A DNA stretch of 64,000 bases from Macrostomum hystrix (Eukaryota; Animalia; Platyhelminthes), in assembly GCA_950097015.1 (NCBI GenBank), contig CATNEN010000024.1:3906001-3970000 (forward strand). Direction: 5' to 3'. Positions within the stretch are counted from its first letter, which is position 1; every line of letters starts with the position of its first letter. This document shows positions 26,530-39,689 of the stretch, in pieces. Both the position numbers and the translations under genes were made by a program. The notes under the pieces were generated by a model. The model made no database searches. It was not told the DNA's origin and saw only the letters and a list, made by a program, of their open reading frames with translations.

Positions 26530-28473
26530 GGCAGGCAGCTGAACTGTTCGTTTTGAACTTTACCATTCTTCTCATGATTTATTATGCTTGATTCTGATCG
26601 AGTGTATTTTTTCGTTTCTTGTGTTGTGCCTACGCAACGACAAGTCGTTATTAGTGTACTAATCAAGTCATGATTAGTGTAAAAACCAGCTGCAGCTAAT
26701 CAGTACGTTAAAATTACGTCAAATAAACGAAGTTATTGTAGATGTGCAAGCTGTCAACCTATCGATACGGCTGGCGGTCCCGTTTTTATTCTTAAACCTT
26801 TCTAATCCGCGCATTCCCTTATCGATCGTTTCTTTAACGGCAGGAAAACAAGCTATTTTTCATCCCGTTTTAGTACCCAGGGGGGGCATTAACCCCTAAA
26901 CGGGTCAGCTGGTGTCACCATTTGAAAGTATGGAAGCTACTGTGTATTTGTTAAAGCTCGAATGCTACGGTGATGACTAAAACACATGCGGTCGACAGGC
27001 AGATAAAATTTGGTGGCCTGTCAAAATCTCGACTTGATTCCTGTTAAAGAAGGTGCGCAACGAAACGATTGTCAAGGTTCTATAACCTCGTATGCATGCG
27101 TTGCTGTGTTCAGTCGCAGCAGAAAAGTGTCCTGCATGGTAACAACTTAGACCCACCATTGAACGTTTACTTTTTATGGACCACTTTGCCTTCTCTCCAC
27201 TTGTTTAGTTAAGTCTAACCATCCAGTGGAAGGAAATTGGCTTATTTTAAAGTTAAACACTGCATTGGTATGTCATGTACGATGTGTTACTAACATCACA
27301 TGTTCTCATTAAACTAAACTTTAGAAACGTCTACACGTTGGACACCAGAGATGCAGAGATAAATTATTGTATATACGAGCGTAGATATTAGCCCTAAAGT
27401 TGCTTGATGAATTTGCAGGACATCTCTAGCAATAGGTTATAGGTAGGTCAAAATAAGATAACAATTAAGGCAATGGTCAAGCAGTTTTTTATGACAAAGC
27501 ATTCTTTTAATAGAAGAGTCGCTGGATTTTATCGTGTATTTTAGTCTTTCTTAGAAACTGGCTTCTGGTGTTGTAAAATTACTAATCGAAAATTTCTTTA
27601 ATAATAAAAACCGGATTAAAGACAACTATAATAATAACGGGAGCTGAAAAATACTGTAAACACCTAGGACTTGCATTCGCGCAGATTGTAAAACTGGTAT
27701 TTTATTAGGAAATAGAAAACAGAAAACATACGAATGGGAAGGAAACCAAAGCTTGGAACATTTGTCAGATAGGAATTAAATATTTCACTCTGGCATAATC
27801 TTATATAATGACAACAATTTTTTACTAATAGAGAAGAGGCATACCATAATAAATATAAATATATAATAGCCGACTCCCACACTAACTAAGGAGATGGGTA
27901 AAGAAGACAAATGTTACGTAATCGTATAGATTCATAATGAAGAACAGAACATAAAAAAAGTTAATAGCTTCTCAGAATACAGATGATATTCTTACCATTC
28001 TAAATGTTCTTTTTTAACATTTTTTAACACTTGATCTTAACAATACACAACAAAGATTATGCTGGATGGTGGATTAGAAAGGCTGCAACGTTAATAATCA
28101 CTTAACGGAGTAAATATATTTTTTGTAGTTATTATCCATTAGAATTTTTCCCAACCTAAAAACAATATTACATATACGTGCAAAACCAAAATAATTAGAC
28201 AATGGGAAACAGAAAGAGAATTATATTGAAAACACATTCTTTCAAACCCAATAATGAGCTTAAGGTTGGGCGACTGGAAAGATAAACGAAACGGAGCTGG
28301 AATGGGATTTCGATTGATTGGAGGACTTAGTCCGCCTCCCACAGAAAATGATAGATTAGGAGATAATTAGAAAATTATTAATATAGGATAAGAACTGGGT
28401 TTATGCAGCAACAATGGGCGGTGCAACAATTGTCAAAATAAGATTAGATAGACGTATAGAGATGCCCAGCGGT

Positions 28474-29798
28474 TTAGTTGGCTCCGCGGTCTCCCTGGCG
28501 ACAGAGCTCCAGCATGCACTCCTCAGAGGCCTCGTCGATGCCGCTAGCCTGTAGCTCCTTGAAGATGCCAACTAGCTTGTTCTTCAGTTCGACCTTCGAG
28601 GACGCGATTAGCATCTTCTGCCTGATTGGAATGCCGTCAGGACCCCTGGGAGGTTTCCAGATAATTTAAATAGATGAGTTGCTCATTCGGTTTTATCAGA
28701 CACAACGAAATGAATTAACATGACTTATAACCCAGTTGGGGCAAACGTAGGGGTGAGTGGCAGAGCGGTTTATGCACCTGCGTCTTGCACTTATGACCCT
28801 GAGCTCGATTCTGCAGCGAGGCCACATTTATTTGGGGCGCAGCCGCGGAGAGAGGGCTTTGGAGCTTGTCGTGCAATTTACGCCCTTGAGGGTCAACCTC
28901 CAAGGCACAGTGAGAGTGTACCCTGCCTGACGATGCGAAAGCCAGGGCAGAGGTAAACACCTGTGTGAGCGAGTGCCTGCGTACAGTATCTGTGTGCGTG
29001 TGTGCTCAGGAATCAGTGAAATGGGCAGAATTGCCTCTGCAGGCTGCAGGACTAGTGTCACCAAATTATGTGCCATCGCCTGCAATTATTATTATTATTG
29101 GTGCATATGTACAGGCAAGGGCACAGGTTCAATCCTTTGAGCACAGGTTCAATTTGAGTCAGTCACTCAAATTTCTGCCCAAACCACTGATGCTTGTAAT
29201 CATTTCTTAGCAATGGGGAATTAAATATTTTGCTTTATATGTAATCAATTAATAATAATAATTGATTACACCTGCCCCAATCGGGCCAGATGTGCATCTG
29301 ACAGCACAGCCGCAGCTATAGCGCGGCGCATCATAGTTGCTTTATAACAACTATTTGACTTCAATTTTTGATAATTTTAGTGACTTAAGGTCACAATTTT
29401 TAAAGCTTTTACAACTGGGTTTCAGGTATTTCAGGGTTTCAATAAAAATCAATTTTATAGTTATCTGTGTAGATATATGGATACTGTTATTTAAAAATAA
29501 AATATATATATTGAAAAAATCCTAACCAGGACACGAAGACAAGTCGACTGCGCTTCTGCTTGGACTCCTCGAACTCAAACTCCAAATCATAGACAGCATA
29601 GCAGCCAACCTTGCGAGCTATGGAATCCTTCAGATCGTCTAGGAAGTCGTTGTATGTGGCCTCCGCTGGCGCCTTTTTAATAAGACCAATCTCCTTATCA
29701 TTGTTAGTGAAGCCAAACAGCAGATACCTGTAGTTGTGATTGGTCTTCATGACCTGGAAGGTGTCAATCACCTCCTGCTGAACTTTCACTCCAGAAGC
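28474..29798 (-). CDS. cofilin/ADF: Cofilin/ADF, ~148 aa; exons 29798-29527 and 28645-28474; the ATG-bearing first exon was not located
   Basis: ASGVKVQQEVIDTFQVMK..YAVYDLEF..LVFVSW|GPDGIPIRQKMLIASSK..LVGIFKELQAS; acceptor directly before ASGV fits the common ADF intron just after the ATG; phase-2 junction in the Trp codon. Confidence 0.93.
28740..29100 (+). mobile_element. tRNA-derived SINE family B, full-length copy in a cofilin intron
   Basis: A-box TGGCAGAGCGG, B-box-like GAGCTCGATTC, body shared with 24136-24480, (ATT)n tail. Confidence 0.8.
29250..29332 (-). mobile_element. SINE family A, 3'-terminal fragment
   Basis: GATTACACCTGCCCCAATCGGGCCAGATG matches 22240-22268; (ATT)n tail on the minus strand. 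Confidence 0.75.
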
Positions 29799-30910
29799 CT
29801 GAAATTGTACAAAATAATATGATAGTAGGTGAGAAGGCATGATATATCAGAGTAAATATCATAGTGATGTTTTAACCACAATTAACTTTTCATATTTTAT
29901 TGTTAAATTACAGTCTACTTATCCATATGTTTTGTCTACTAATAAAACCTATGGGATTTTTGCAAAGTTCATAGACATGCACTTGGAACTGTTAAAATTT
30001 GGCTAAAACAGTGTGGTGCCAAGCTAACAACAGAAATGGCCTGTGTTTCCCAAAAGGAAAAGATGACATTAGGGTGTCACACCATGCTGCGCCAAGCCAT
30101 GCTACCTAATCAAGCACTAGGCCAGGCAGAATTTTTTTAAATGCACTGGACTTGTGTTTACACAAAAGTTATTTTTTTCTTTAGAGCTAGTTATAATGGT
30201 GCCTAGTAGTATAGTCAATAGTCAAGGGGTCATAAGTTTTTATGACCTATATACCTGATTTTTATGGGTAAATACTGTTGCACTAGTATAGCAGAGTATA
30301 GCAGAATCTATGAGCTATCACCAATAGTTCCCCTAGACAAAAATCATGGCCATGACAAGGTTAAGGCAGATTTTACTAAAGTCAGATTTTAGAAATTTAA
30401 ATGTATATAACACTATACAGTAAATTACTACTAGAACACAAGACTTTTGTATCTGTGGCTTTGATAATACAACTTTTGTATAGGTTGGTCACTTAGTAAA
30501 CTAGTCTGAATTAAGTTAAACCTATCTTTATCATTCTGTCAACTATAATATAAGGAGACCTAAACTTTTACTTAGTCATTTTATTTTATTACACAAAATG
30601 GCAATTAACTAGATAGGTTGTAGCCAATGGTTAAATGGCAGGACAAAGAATTGTATAAGTGTAAATCATTATAACAAATGCACTTTGAATTAATTTATTA
30701 ATAGACTAATAAAGAAGCACTAAGAAAAGTTATTTAATTTGAAGTATTTGCTATAGTCAGTTCTGAGAAATATTACACTTAACAATACTGGCATGTCTAA
30801 ATCGTGCTCAGAAAAATAGAAGGCTAGAATGCACACAAAAAATTATTTTTGGCATAATTGAATGTTAGAAAAGTTTCATCAGTTGGATAAATGGATAAAT
30901 GAAATAATGG

Positions 30911-31502
30911 CATAAATTTACTTTCGTTTGCAAAATTTTTTCCTCTTTTAAAATGGTGCCAATGACATGGCCCTATGACCCATAATAGCCATGTAGAGTT
31001 GTTTGGGGCACAGAAATTCAGCTGAGTTTTATTGAGCCCTCACTATAGTTTGAGACTTTGAGACTCTTCTGATTTGCAAATAGCTGGGTAGCCCCCAAGA
31101 CAATTGTGTATTGTGCCACGGAATGAAGTTCTGCCAGCATAGGCACTGATAGAACTAAATATGAATTCAAGGGATCTGATGGAAGTGACAGCAAGTATTG
31201 ACGAGACTATGTGGCATGGCACTAACAATGCCCTCTTTGAATCACACATCTAAGAGTATCTATGGCAATGCCTTCACCCAGGGCCTGCCAAGGCTTTCGG
31301 CAGCATTCTGTACTGGATTCGTCATTTGTCATCCCAGTTTAGGAATCTGAGACAGTTAGGACTGCATTGAACTGAACTGAGCAATGCTCAGTGCCATTTA
31401 AAAATGTTTCCAACCAGTTGTGTTACCAGTTTACATTATCCGCTTCATCGGTAAACATTTAAAAAGAAAAAAATAATTTCGCGAACAAAAGTAAATTTAC
31501 GC
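30911..31502. mobile_element. Possible degenerate MITE with ~45-bp imperfect TIRs
   Basis: TAAATTTACTTTCGTTTGCAAAATT.. (30913) versus the reverse complement of ..AATTTCGCGAACAAAAGTAAATTTA (to 31499); no TSD identified. Confidence 0.4.
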
Positions 31503-32919
31503 TGAAATAATCATAAAGGGATGTATCAAAAATGCATGCCAGAATTTTTAGGCATATACTACATGATACTCACAACTATGCAATAGTATCGCAATAAATT
31601 AAGATCCATGAAAGCACTGAAAAATAAATAGGCCTAATATTGACAATTTGAGTAGGCCTAGCGAGCTAGCTAGGCCTAGCTGACTAGGCCACTGGTTTAG
31701 AGTAAAATATTTCAGCTAAAACATTAACCTGAGTAAGCCTTATATAAGAAATATTGTCATCAAAATGCATTTCAAAACATAGCTACATGGTATAGTACAC
31801 AAGATTTATAAACATACATAGTCAGATAACTTTTGGCCAAACTGTCCATGTCAATGTCAGAAAAAAAATCGTTAAAGTTTTTATAATATTCTTAAGCTAG
31901 AAATAAATCAAGATAAATCCTTACATAGCTATCAGCTTTATATTACAAAAACTCTATAGCGTCTTAACTTATATAAAAACTAAGTCGCTTGGTGGTGACT
32001 CATAACGTCATTCATCAGCAGGTGTGTTGTACATACTTTGTACATACTTGTGGTCTTAGGCTTATATAGCGGTAGCAATATAGACAATCCCTAAACGATA
32101 CCTTGACGATGGCGCTTTAGATAGCTTATTTGCTTTTTTTGGTAACTTGCATATAATTTAGAACATGACAACTTTGAACGAAGGCGTCCGAAGCCGTACT
32201 TGACTAGTTAGAACTGCGATCAACTTAGGAACAGTAGGGCCTAACACACATTGCTTAGTGATTTTAATGTATTTCTGTACAGAAGTAACATTCGACTTAG
32301 CTTTGGCCTTCCGAACCCATTTTTTAGCTAAAAAACGACTGATGAGTGAACTCGCTAGCGATTGACTTCAGTCAGTGGCAAAAGGATGATGAACGCACAC
32401 ATAAAGCCGGGAATAAAGGAAACTACAAAAACTTAAATTATATACATTTTTCAGTTGATAAAAACAAAATAAAACTGCTCTAAATGTATTTGTGCAAATA
32501 AACACGAATCATTTAAAAGCTTTAATTGCTAAAAACATTTTTAATAACAGCTTATTTATTTGCTTATAGTTGAAGCTTTTTTTATATGCAGCATTTAAAT
32601 CCTGTCGTGTCTACTCTAACTCTTTTTTCTTCTTTTTAAAACCCAAACGTTTAATTAATGTTCGTCTTTTATGCATCGGTTATAATATATTAAATAAATA
32701 TCGAACTGGACAAACAGGCTGCTTGCCTGAGCCAAATATCAAATATCAATATTAAAAAAATTGCATTGGTGGTTAAATATTGTAAAAAGTTAATTACAAA
32801 CTGCCTACGCTCGTTTGTTTGATTTTAGTTTGCCAATGCTTCTTGCTGTAGGCCTAAAGGTTTGTTAAGTTAGTCCTATGAATACAATTATGCCTTTCAT
32901 AGCAGTATACTAAATTTAT

Positions 32920-33185
32920 CTGTCTCTGTTTTTTCTCTATTACTTTAACTGTACGATATTCTTCTCCTTTACTCTCTGACTTTCTTTCTCTTCTACTCTT
33001 TCCGTTTTTATTCTTTTCTACTCTCCCTCTGCATTTTTTCTTGTATTCTGTCTCTGTCTCTTCTACTCTCTGTTTTTCCTCTCTTCCACTCTCTCTGTTT
33101 TTTCAACTCTTTCTGTTTTTTCTCCTTTTTCTTTGTCTTTTCTTCTCTTTGTCTCTCTTCTGTCTCTGCTTTTCTTTTCTTTTGA
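32920..33185. repeat. Polypyrimidine (CT-rich) low-complexity tract
   Basis: Nearly all C/T over ~260 bp; produces the spurious K/E/R-rich antisense ORF 33008-33190. Confidence 0.85.
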
Positions 33186-34983
33186 GGCAAAACAATGTTG
33201 CAGACAAGGGAAATAAGTCATGAATGAGAGAAAGCAACATCATACATGCGCAACCTCCCAAATCTTAGCCGGCCGTGCAACTTAGTTTTTGCTCTCATTT
33301 GCAACTTAGTTCGTTTCATTGCTCTATTTACGACTTAGTTTGCTCTCATTTGCTCTTTTTCTCTCCCCTTTTTCCTTTTCTTCATGCCTTCCTTTTTTGT
33401 CCCTTGGTCCCCCCTTTGATTTTTTTGCGCTTGGTCAATTGGTTTTTGCGACTTACCTTGCTTGGCCCTCGTTTCACCCGGCCGGGTCGGCCAGGTGTTG
33501 CGCATGTATGAGCAACATGCAGATAAGAGAAAACTAAGTTGTGAATGAGAAAAAAAATAATAACCCACAAAGTTTCCTAACTTCCCAAAATATGGTTAAC
33601 TGTTCTCTAGTCCCTTTAAGTAGACTTCCCTCTAAGGTGTCTATTTCCCTTTGATATACTTTTAATTTTATAATCATATTATTTCAATAATCTAATTGCA
33701 GATTTTCTAAACATCAAAGCAGTTTTGTGATAATCTCATTATAGGAAGACCCTAGATTTTTTACAAGATGAATTCATCCAGTCATTTCATGCATTGGAAT
33801 CCACTTATGAATCAAATCAATGAAAGTTGCTAGTAAACTAGTTGCAAGAGGGTCATAATTGTAATTTGCAATTGTGACTTCTTTTTATGTTTCACTTTTT
33901 TTCTATAATAAACCCTTATCACTAGGCCCTAAGTATTGAAAATCATTGCATTTGCAACTAAAAGTGTAAATATATATTTAATCTTATTAAACTAATCTGC
34001 TACTATGTAGTATGTATCACTCATTTTTTGTTTTAAAAAGTTGCATGACAGATTTTCTGGAGGTTGCACATGTATACATTTTTCTATGGCCAGTACTGAG
34101 GCCAAAATCAAATTATTTTTTAATTCAAAAAATAACAATCAATAAATGTAATGAAACAAAACAGTATGACAGACATTCTATTCAGTTTTTACCTTAGTTG
34201 TAGATTTTTTAACTTTCACAAAGGAGTGTTTACAACTTTAAACAAAGTAGTACACTATCCAAAACAGAATGGCCCCAAAAACTTTGGTAGCTCTTGTCAT
34301 TGAAATGACCATATTCCATTTTATTGGCTTAACAAGCTGAAAACAAAAAGTATAACTGTTTTTTGTTTCTCTCTATATAATTACTACTTCATCATTGATT
34401 TCTAGTATAAATTAGATAACTAATATATTATTATATAGTATGTGGCTATATGTGGCTATACTTGTAACATGGCTAATGTTACAAGTACATATATGCTGTA
34501 AAAATAATCAATTAAATAGTAAAAAAAAGAGGCAATCAATAGACAGTGTCCATTTCACACAGTAAGCATTTGTTTAATATGACATTTGAATAATTTTTAC
34601 TGAACTTTTATGACAAGATCATAGCTTTAGAAACTTACTCTTGTCACTTGCCTATTGACAAAGTAGACAGACAAAACAATGCAAGCAGTGAAATGTGCAG
34701 CACATGTTTCTAAAGAAGGTATCTATAGGATTTCCACATTTAGCTCTGTGGCAATGGACTTGACGTGAATGGATAAGTGAGTTCAGACCCAAGACACATG
34801 GGGACCTTAGATAATTTAAGTACACATGGGGGCATATAATTTCAAGTAAAATATGTAAAATAATGCAAAATATTGTAGATTTTGTTACAATTATCTTTTC
34901 TGTCTATACAATGAAAATGTTTTTATTAGCTAAAGTATTGCTACATAACAATAAATATGAAAACCACTTGAATTGCAGAGGCT

Positions 34984-35541
34984 ATGGGCCGGTACAGTGT
35001 CAAGCCAGAAAGTGCAGCTAAGTGCGCCAAAGCACGCGGCTCCTACCTGCGCGTGCACTTTAAAAACACCCGCGAGACTGCTGGCGCTATCCGCGGAATG
35101 GCTCTTAAGCGAGCTCAGCGCTACCTAAAGAATGTCATCTCTAAGAAGGAAATCGTGCCCTTCAGGCGTTTCATGCGCGGCACGGGGCGTCACGCCCAGG
35201 CCAAAGTCTGGGGCGTAGCTACTAGCCGATGGCCGAAAAAGTCCTGCGAATTTCTTCTTCAGCTATTGAAGAACTGTGAAAGCAACGCTGAATTTAAGGG
35301 TCTCGACGCCGATCACCTGGTTATTGATCACATCCAGGTAAATCGGGCGCCCAAGATGCGCCGCAGGACTTACCGCGCACACGGCCGAATCGGGCCTTAC
35401 ATGTCTTCGCCGTGCCACGTAGAGGTGATCCTGAACGAGAAGGAACAGGTGGTCGCCCGCGCCGCTGACACTGAGGAGACATCCACAAAGAAGAAAGAGA
35501 GCAAGAAGAAGCTGAAAAAGGCCAAGCTGCGTGGCGAATGA
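34984..35541 (+). CDS. RPL17: 60S ribosomal protein L17 (uL22), 185 aa, uninterrupted CDS
   Basis: [61 protein letters not shown]; acceptor-like TTGCAG at 34973-34978 just upstream of the ATG. Confidence 0.97.
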   Translation: MGRYSVKPESAAKCAKARGSYLRVHFKNTRETAGAIRGMALKRAQRYLKNVISKKEIVPFRRFMRGTGRHAQAKVWGVATSRWPKKSCEFLLQLLKNCESNAEFKGLDADHLVIDHIQVNRAPKMRRRTYRAHGRIGPYMSSPCHVEVILNEKEQVVARAADTEETSTKKKESKKKLKKAKLRGE

Positions 35542-36546
35542 TGAACTGCCTATCATTTTTAGTTCACCTGGTAGCGCAATTGACTCGCGAAATTGCTGTT
35601 CTGAGTGCCTATTGTTTGGCTGAAATATATAGGGCGAGCTGGTTGTGAAGATTTCTAATCGCGATAAACTCTGTTTTGGCGGTTGTCCTGGAAATATTGT
35701 AGATTTTTACGACTTCAGTGTCTGTCTTTTTGGGCTACGTAAGGTTGCAGTTTTTATACTAACTGTTAAAACGGGATATTAGTATTCTACAAGTATTATA
35801 CTCGCAATTCGCAAGACGTTTAACAGATTAATGATTCAAAACGGGCCTCACAATAGTGCTGAAAATTTGAATATAGTAGATGGAGCCACTCGTGTCTTAC
35901 AAGTTTAATCGAGTAAAAAGTAGTTTAAACTTATCAACATAGACTCGTACTCTACATCAGCGACTCCGGACAATAAGCAAAGAAAACATACTGCATTGAA
36001 AATGGTATAAAATCAAGTCCCTTAGGCAGGTTAGTAAGACAATCAAGTCCATTAAACAGTTTTAGAAAATAATCACACCCCTTGATTCAGTTAGTAAGCT
36101 TTTAGAATCGACTTGCTTGAATTTTGGTTTGTCATGAAAATCTAAATATAGGCATTTATCCGAGCTATATACGCTTCGAGTCATTAGAAATGAGTTTCGT
36201 CGGAAAAAATCTGCACCAATCTGTGTGGAGATGTGTCTATGGCAATTAACAGTCAATCGACCGCAACGGACATTGACAACGAGCAAAACATAAATATCTC
36301 CGTCGGAGAAGCAATCAATCATATTATTTCAACCATGTCGCGCACCCTCGACTGGAACAGCTTAAAGATGTATGTCTATGGACCAAGCCGCGATAGGGAC
36401 AGTTTCTCGGGGTACTCAGCTGGATATGCAGCTTGCCTTGAGCTTAAGTAGCTGAAAGGGATCTTAAACTTGCGCATAGTGGAACCGCGCAGAAGTCTAT
36501 AAACATCTGGATTTGAGAAGCCTTTGCTTAGAGTGCACTGCTAATT

Positions 36547-39500
36547 ATGAGCCCCTCCGTGGATAGCTTGCCAAATCCTCCGGCGTTCCTCGACCCGCTG
36601 ACGCAGATTGATCTGAGTTATTACTATGCGGTGCCGAAATTCTTTAGTCAGGACCACCCGAACACTCGCTGGCTCATCACCATGATGCAAAACGGTGAGT
36701 TGGACCGGCTCAAGCGCAAGATGGAGACTTCCCCGGATTTGTTCAGAACAATGTACTATCAGATTTCGGACGATCCGCAGCTGCATAATCCAGAAGATTT
36801 CGCTTCTCCGCCAATGTTCAGGCGGAATGCGGTTTTGTATCTAACTGCATTGGGCATCGCCGTTTATATGGGAAAAGTGAGTTCGAACTAATATTGAATT
36901 TTCTTGCTAGAAGCAAGACTGCATATTAGCATACATACTGGCTTCTTATAGTTGGATAAAAAATATTCCATTGCAAACTTCCACTGCCTCAGGTCTGCAT
37001 AGTTGAGCTGCTGCTAAACTATAGGGACGTCTTCAATGAGCCATTGTGCAGCCATGAGCAAGTGCAGTACGCCTCTCACCTGCAGGACCCTGAGGTCGGC
37101 GATTTTCACGCGTTCCCTATCCACGTTATTATGATTCGCCGGGCCTGTTTCAGTTGCGCACAGGCCCTGTTGAAAGCCGGCTGGCTACCCGACAAACCAG
37201 TTGCCATGCCAATGCGGCGCAAGTTTGAACGAAGAGTAATTTATTTCCGAGATTGGCTGGACATAACACTGTCTGTGCTGGCGTCTCGACATATGTTTCC
37301 GATTCAAAACCTGCTCCGTGAGCTAACTAACTGCAAGGAATATACTCCGTTGAAGATGCAACTTGAGCAGTTCCTTTCTCTGAATCCGGCGACCGCCATC
37401 CCGATTGGCATCATCACTATTGAGGAGCTGCCGCAGGGAGTCAATATGCTTGGCGTCCGCTCACTGCTTGATTTGACTGAGCACTATGACCGCTATCTGC
37501 AGGTGCGTAATTGCGCTAGAGAAGTGGCTACGCTAAAACGCGAAGCCGTCGCTCTCGGCTTAAACCCGGAGGTGTTGATGATCCAGGCGCAGAACTTCGA
37601 CCCCGACGCCGCCGAAAAGGACCAGAATAATGGCAACGCTAGACGGGCACGCGGTGCTAACAATAGCAGCATTATAGGCAACGTGTCTGATGAGTCAAGC
37701 CCACAGATCGAGGACATCAATATGAATGCGAACAGCGGAACTAAGCGTAAAAGGAAAGTCGATCATCCGTACATCTCCGAAGGTTGCCGCATTTTGCACT
37801 TTGCGCTGATGCGCGATATTCACGGAAAATGTTTGCAGGTGAGTATTTGTTGGCTTCAAATGGCTGAGCTTAGCATTCACTCTTAACTCGGTTGCAAACA
37901 AAAGCAAAAGTTTAAAGGTATACCAACCAAATGCCTGGAATAGGTCAAACAGGCAACAGACTGGGATTGGGTGCAACAAACAACTGACTGGGATAGAGTT
38001 TATCAACAACATACTAGGGTTTATCCACCAACAGACTGGGTAGAGGGTGTTCTAACCAGGAAACTAAGAGAGGGGTGTAGGAAACTAGCGACTGACAGTT
38101 CCGGTACTGAAATTTGCAAACTGAAACTTCCCCGGCCAAAGGTGTGCATTGCAGCATTCGACGTGTTGTTGCAACGAAATTTCTATATGACTTCGAAAAA
38201 GTTGGAATCGGATAGCCCTGTCGCCAGAGATGCGCGCAACATGGTCTGTCTATTGCTCAACATGTTGCAGCGCGAGCAGGTGAGCCGATAACACTATTTA
38301 ATTATCGTAGATTTTATATTTTCTCCATAATCTGCACTAAGTTACAATATGATAAATAAGTTCCCTAAAACTGAACACGCCATCCGACAGAACAAAGTGG
38401 ACACTATTGTGTGCAAAATCAAGTCCGGTGTAAAGAAATTCCCTCACTTGGAGGAGCACAAGCAGCTTGAGAACCGCAAGTCTGCCTGCCTCCAGTTCAT
38501 GAACAAGCTGCTACGTTTGATAGCCACACTGCTGTTACAAACCAAGCTGCTTGTCCACTTTGTCCAGTCTAAATTTCCGCTTTACTCGGCTCAAGCCACA
38601 AACTTCCCGTTGAATCCTCTTCTGGCGCATAGGTTTGATGAGGTTAAAATTAGTATCATTCAAGAGTTTAATTTGCGTAAAGACGCGTGGATTTACCTTG
38701 ACAACGACATGATAGAGACTGTGGCCGGTATACCAAATATGCAGATGCACTTCAAGGTTGGTAAGAGGCCGCCGCAAAAGGTATCAAGAAAAGGTTTTAG
38801 GAAGAGTACTTCGAATAAGAGCAACATGACAAGCACTAACAGCTGTTCTGTGACCTACACTCGAGTTGAGCCAAAACGGAAGAAGATAAAGACAGTATCC
38901 TCTACAGCGTCATACTCTGCATCTGTATCGAACGTAATTAGTTCCGCAGCTCAACTTCTCGGCGAAAATGACACATACGAAAAATATAGAGGGACCGGTC
39001 TACCGGAACAGGGCAGCCCAGACATCAACACTGTCGAAGGCGCGGCTAGCCTGTCCGACGCACCCGACCTGTTCGATTTTGCGGCTGCCACCAAAAACTT
39101 CGCTGGTCTGCTGATGGCTGCCAACAGACCCGACTCTGTAGCCGCCCATCCAGAGTCGTCAGTGAAGCCGCAGATGTCGGAGAATGTTGCTTCAGATGGA
39201 AAGGTCACATCAAGCGCTCCGACTGGCATGGAGGTGCTGCTAGCCAGCCTGTGTCGCGAGGTCGACAACCTTTTTCGACCTTTGGAGAGCCCCGGTGGCG
39301 AGCTAGGTGGAGGCGGCGGCAACTGCGGCGGCAACGTCGGCGCCTGGACGGTGTCTCACGCTGACAACGCCGTCTGGTGCACGACGGCAGATCCAACTTC
39401 AAGTGTTCAAGCAGTGCACTCCAACATCGAGCCAGATCTGGCGTCAACACCGAAGCCAACACCGGAGCCAACTCCCGCTTTGATTCACTCGTCCTGTGTG

Positions 39501-39689
39501 GTCAACGCTACAGACGAAAACGCTCGTCAGGTTGACACTGTTTCTACAGCTTATCTGGCGCCCCAGCCGTCTGTGAGCTGTCGGCTTCAACAGCTCCAGC
39601 ACCGACGGAAGCCTAGCTGCGTCAGTCGACTGTTTAAACGCTTTTCAGGCAGAGGCATCAACACTGGCGCCGAGGCGAGTTCCAACTAA
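36547..39689 (+). CDS. Orphan ~946-aa protein with degenerate ankyrin-like repeats and NLS-like motifs; exons 36547-36876, 36993-37838, 37944-38279, 38361-39689
   Basis: Four long ORFs joined by short phase-0 GT-AG introns (116, 105, 81 nt); splicing creates the ankyrin-like LTALGIAVYMGK|VCIVELLLNY; second repeat FPIHVIMIRRACFSCAQALLKAG; TKRKRK and PKRKKIK; last acceptor and start codon less certain. Confidence 0.7.

Noticed and set aside
28927-28940. CTGACGA..GAAA in SINE family B as a hammerhead ribozyme core
   Set aside because: Only 3 nt separate CUGACGA from GAAA, so stem II cannot form, and no stem III/cleavage triplet is correctly placed
32339-32395. CTGATGAG and ATGATGA motifs as a hammerhead or C/D snoRNA
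   Set aside because: No GAAA after the stem, and no suitably placed CTGA D box with a terminal stem
36547-37300. Orphan ankyrin gene as an IkappaB-family member (tempting given nearby NKIRAS)
   Set aside because: Only about two degenerate repeats are visible, versus five to seven in IkappaB proteins, and no degron motif was seen
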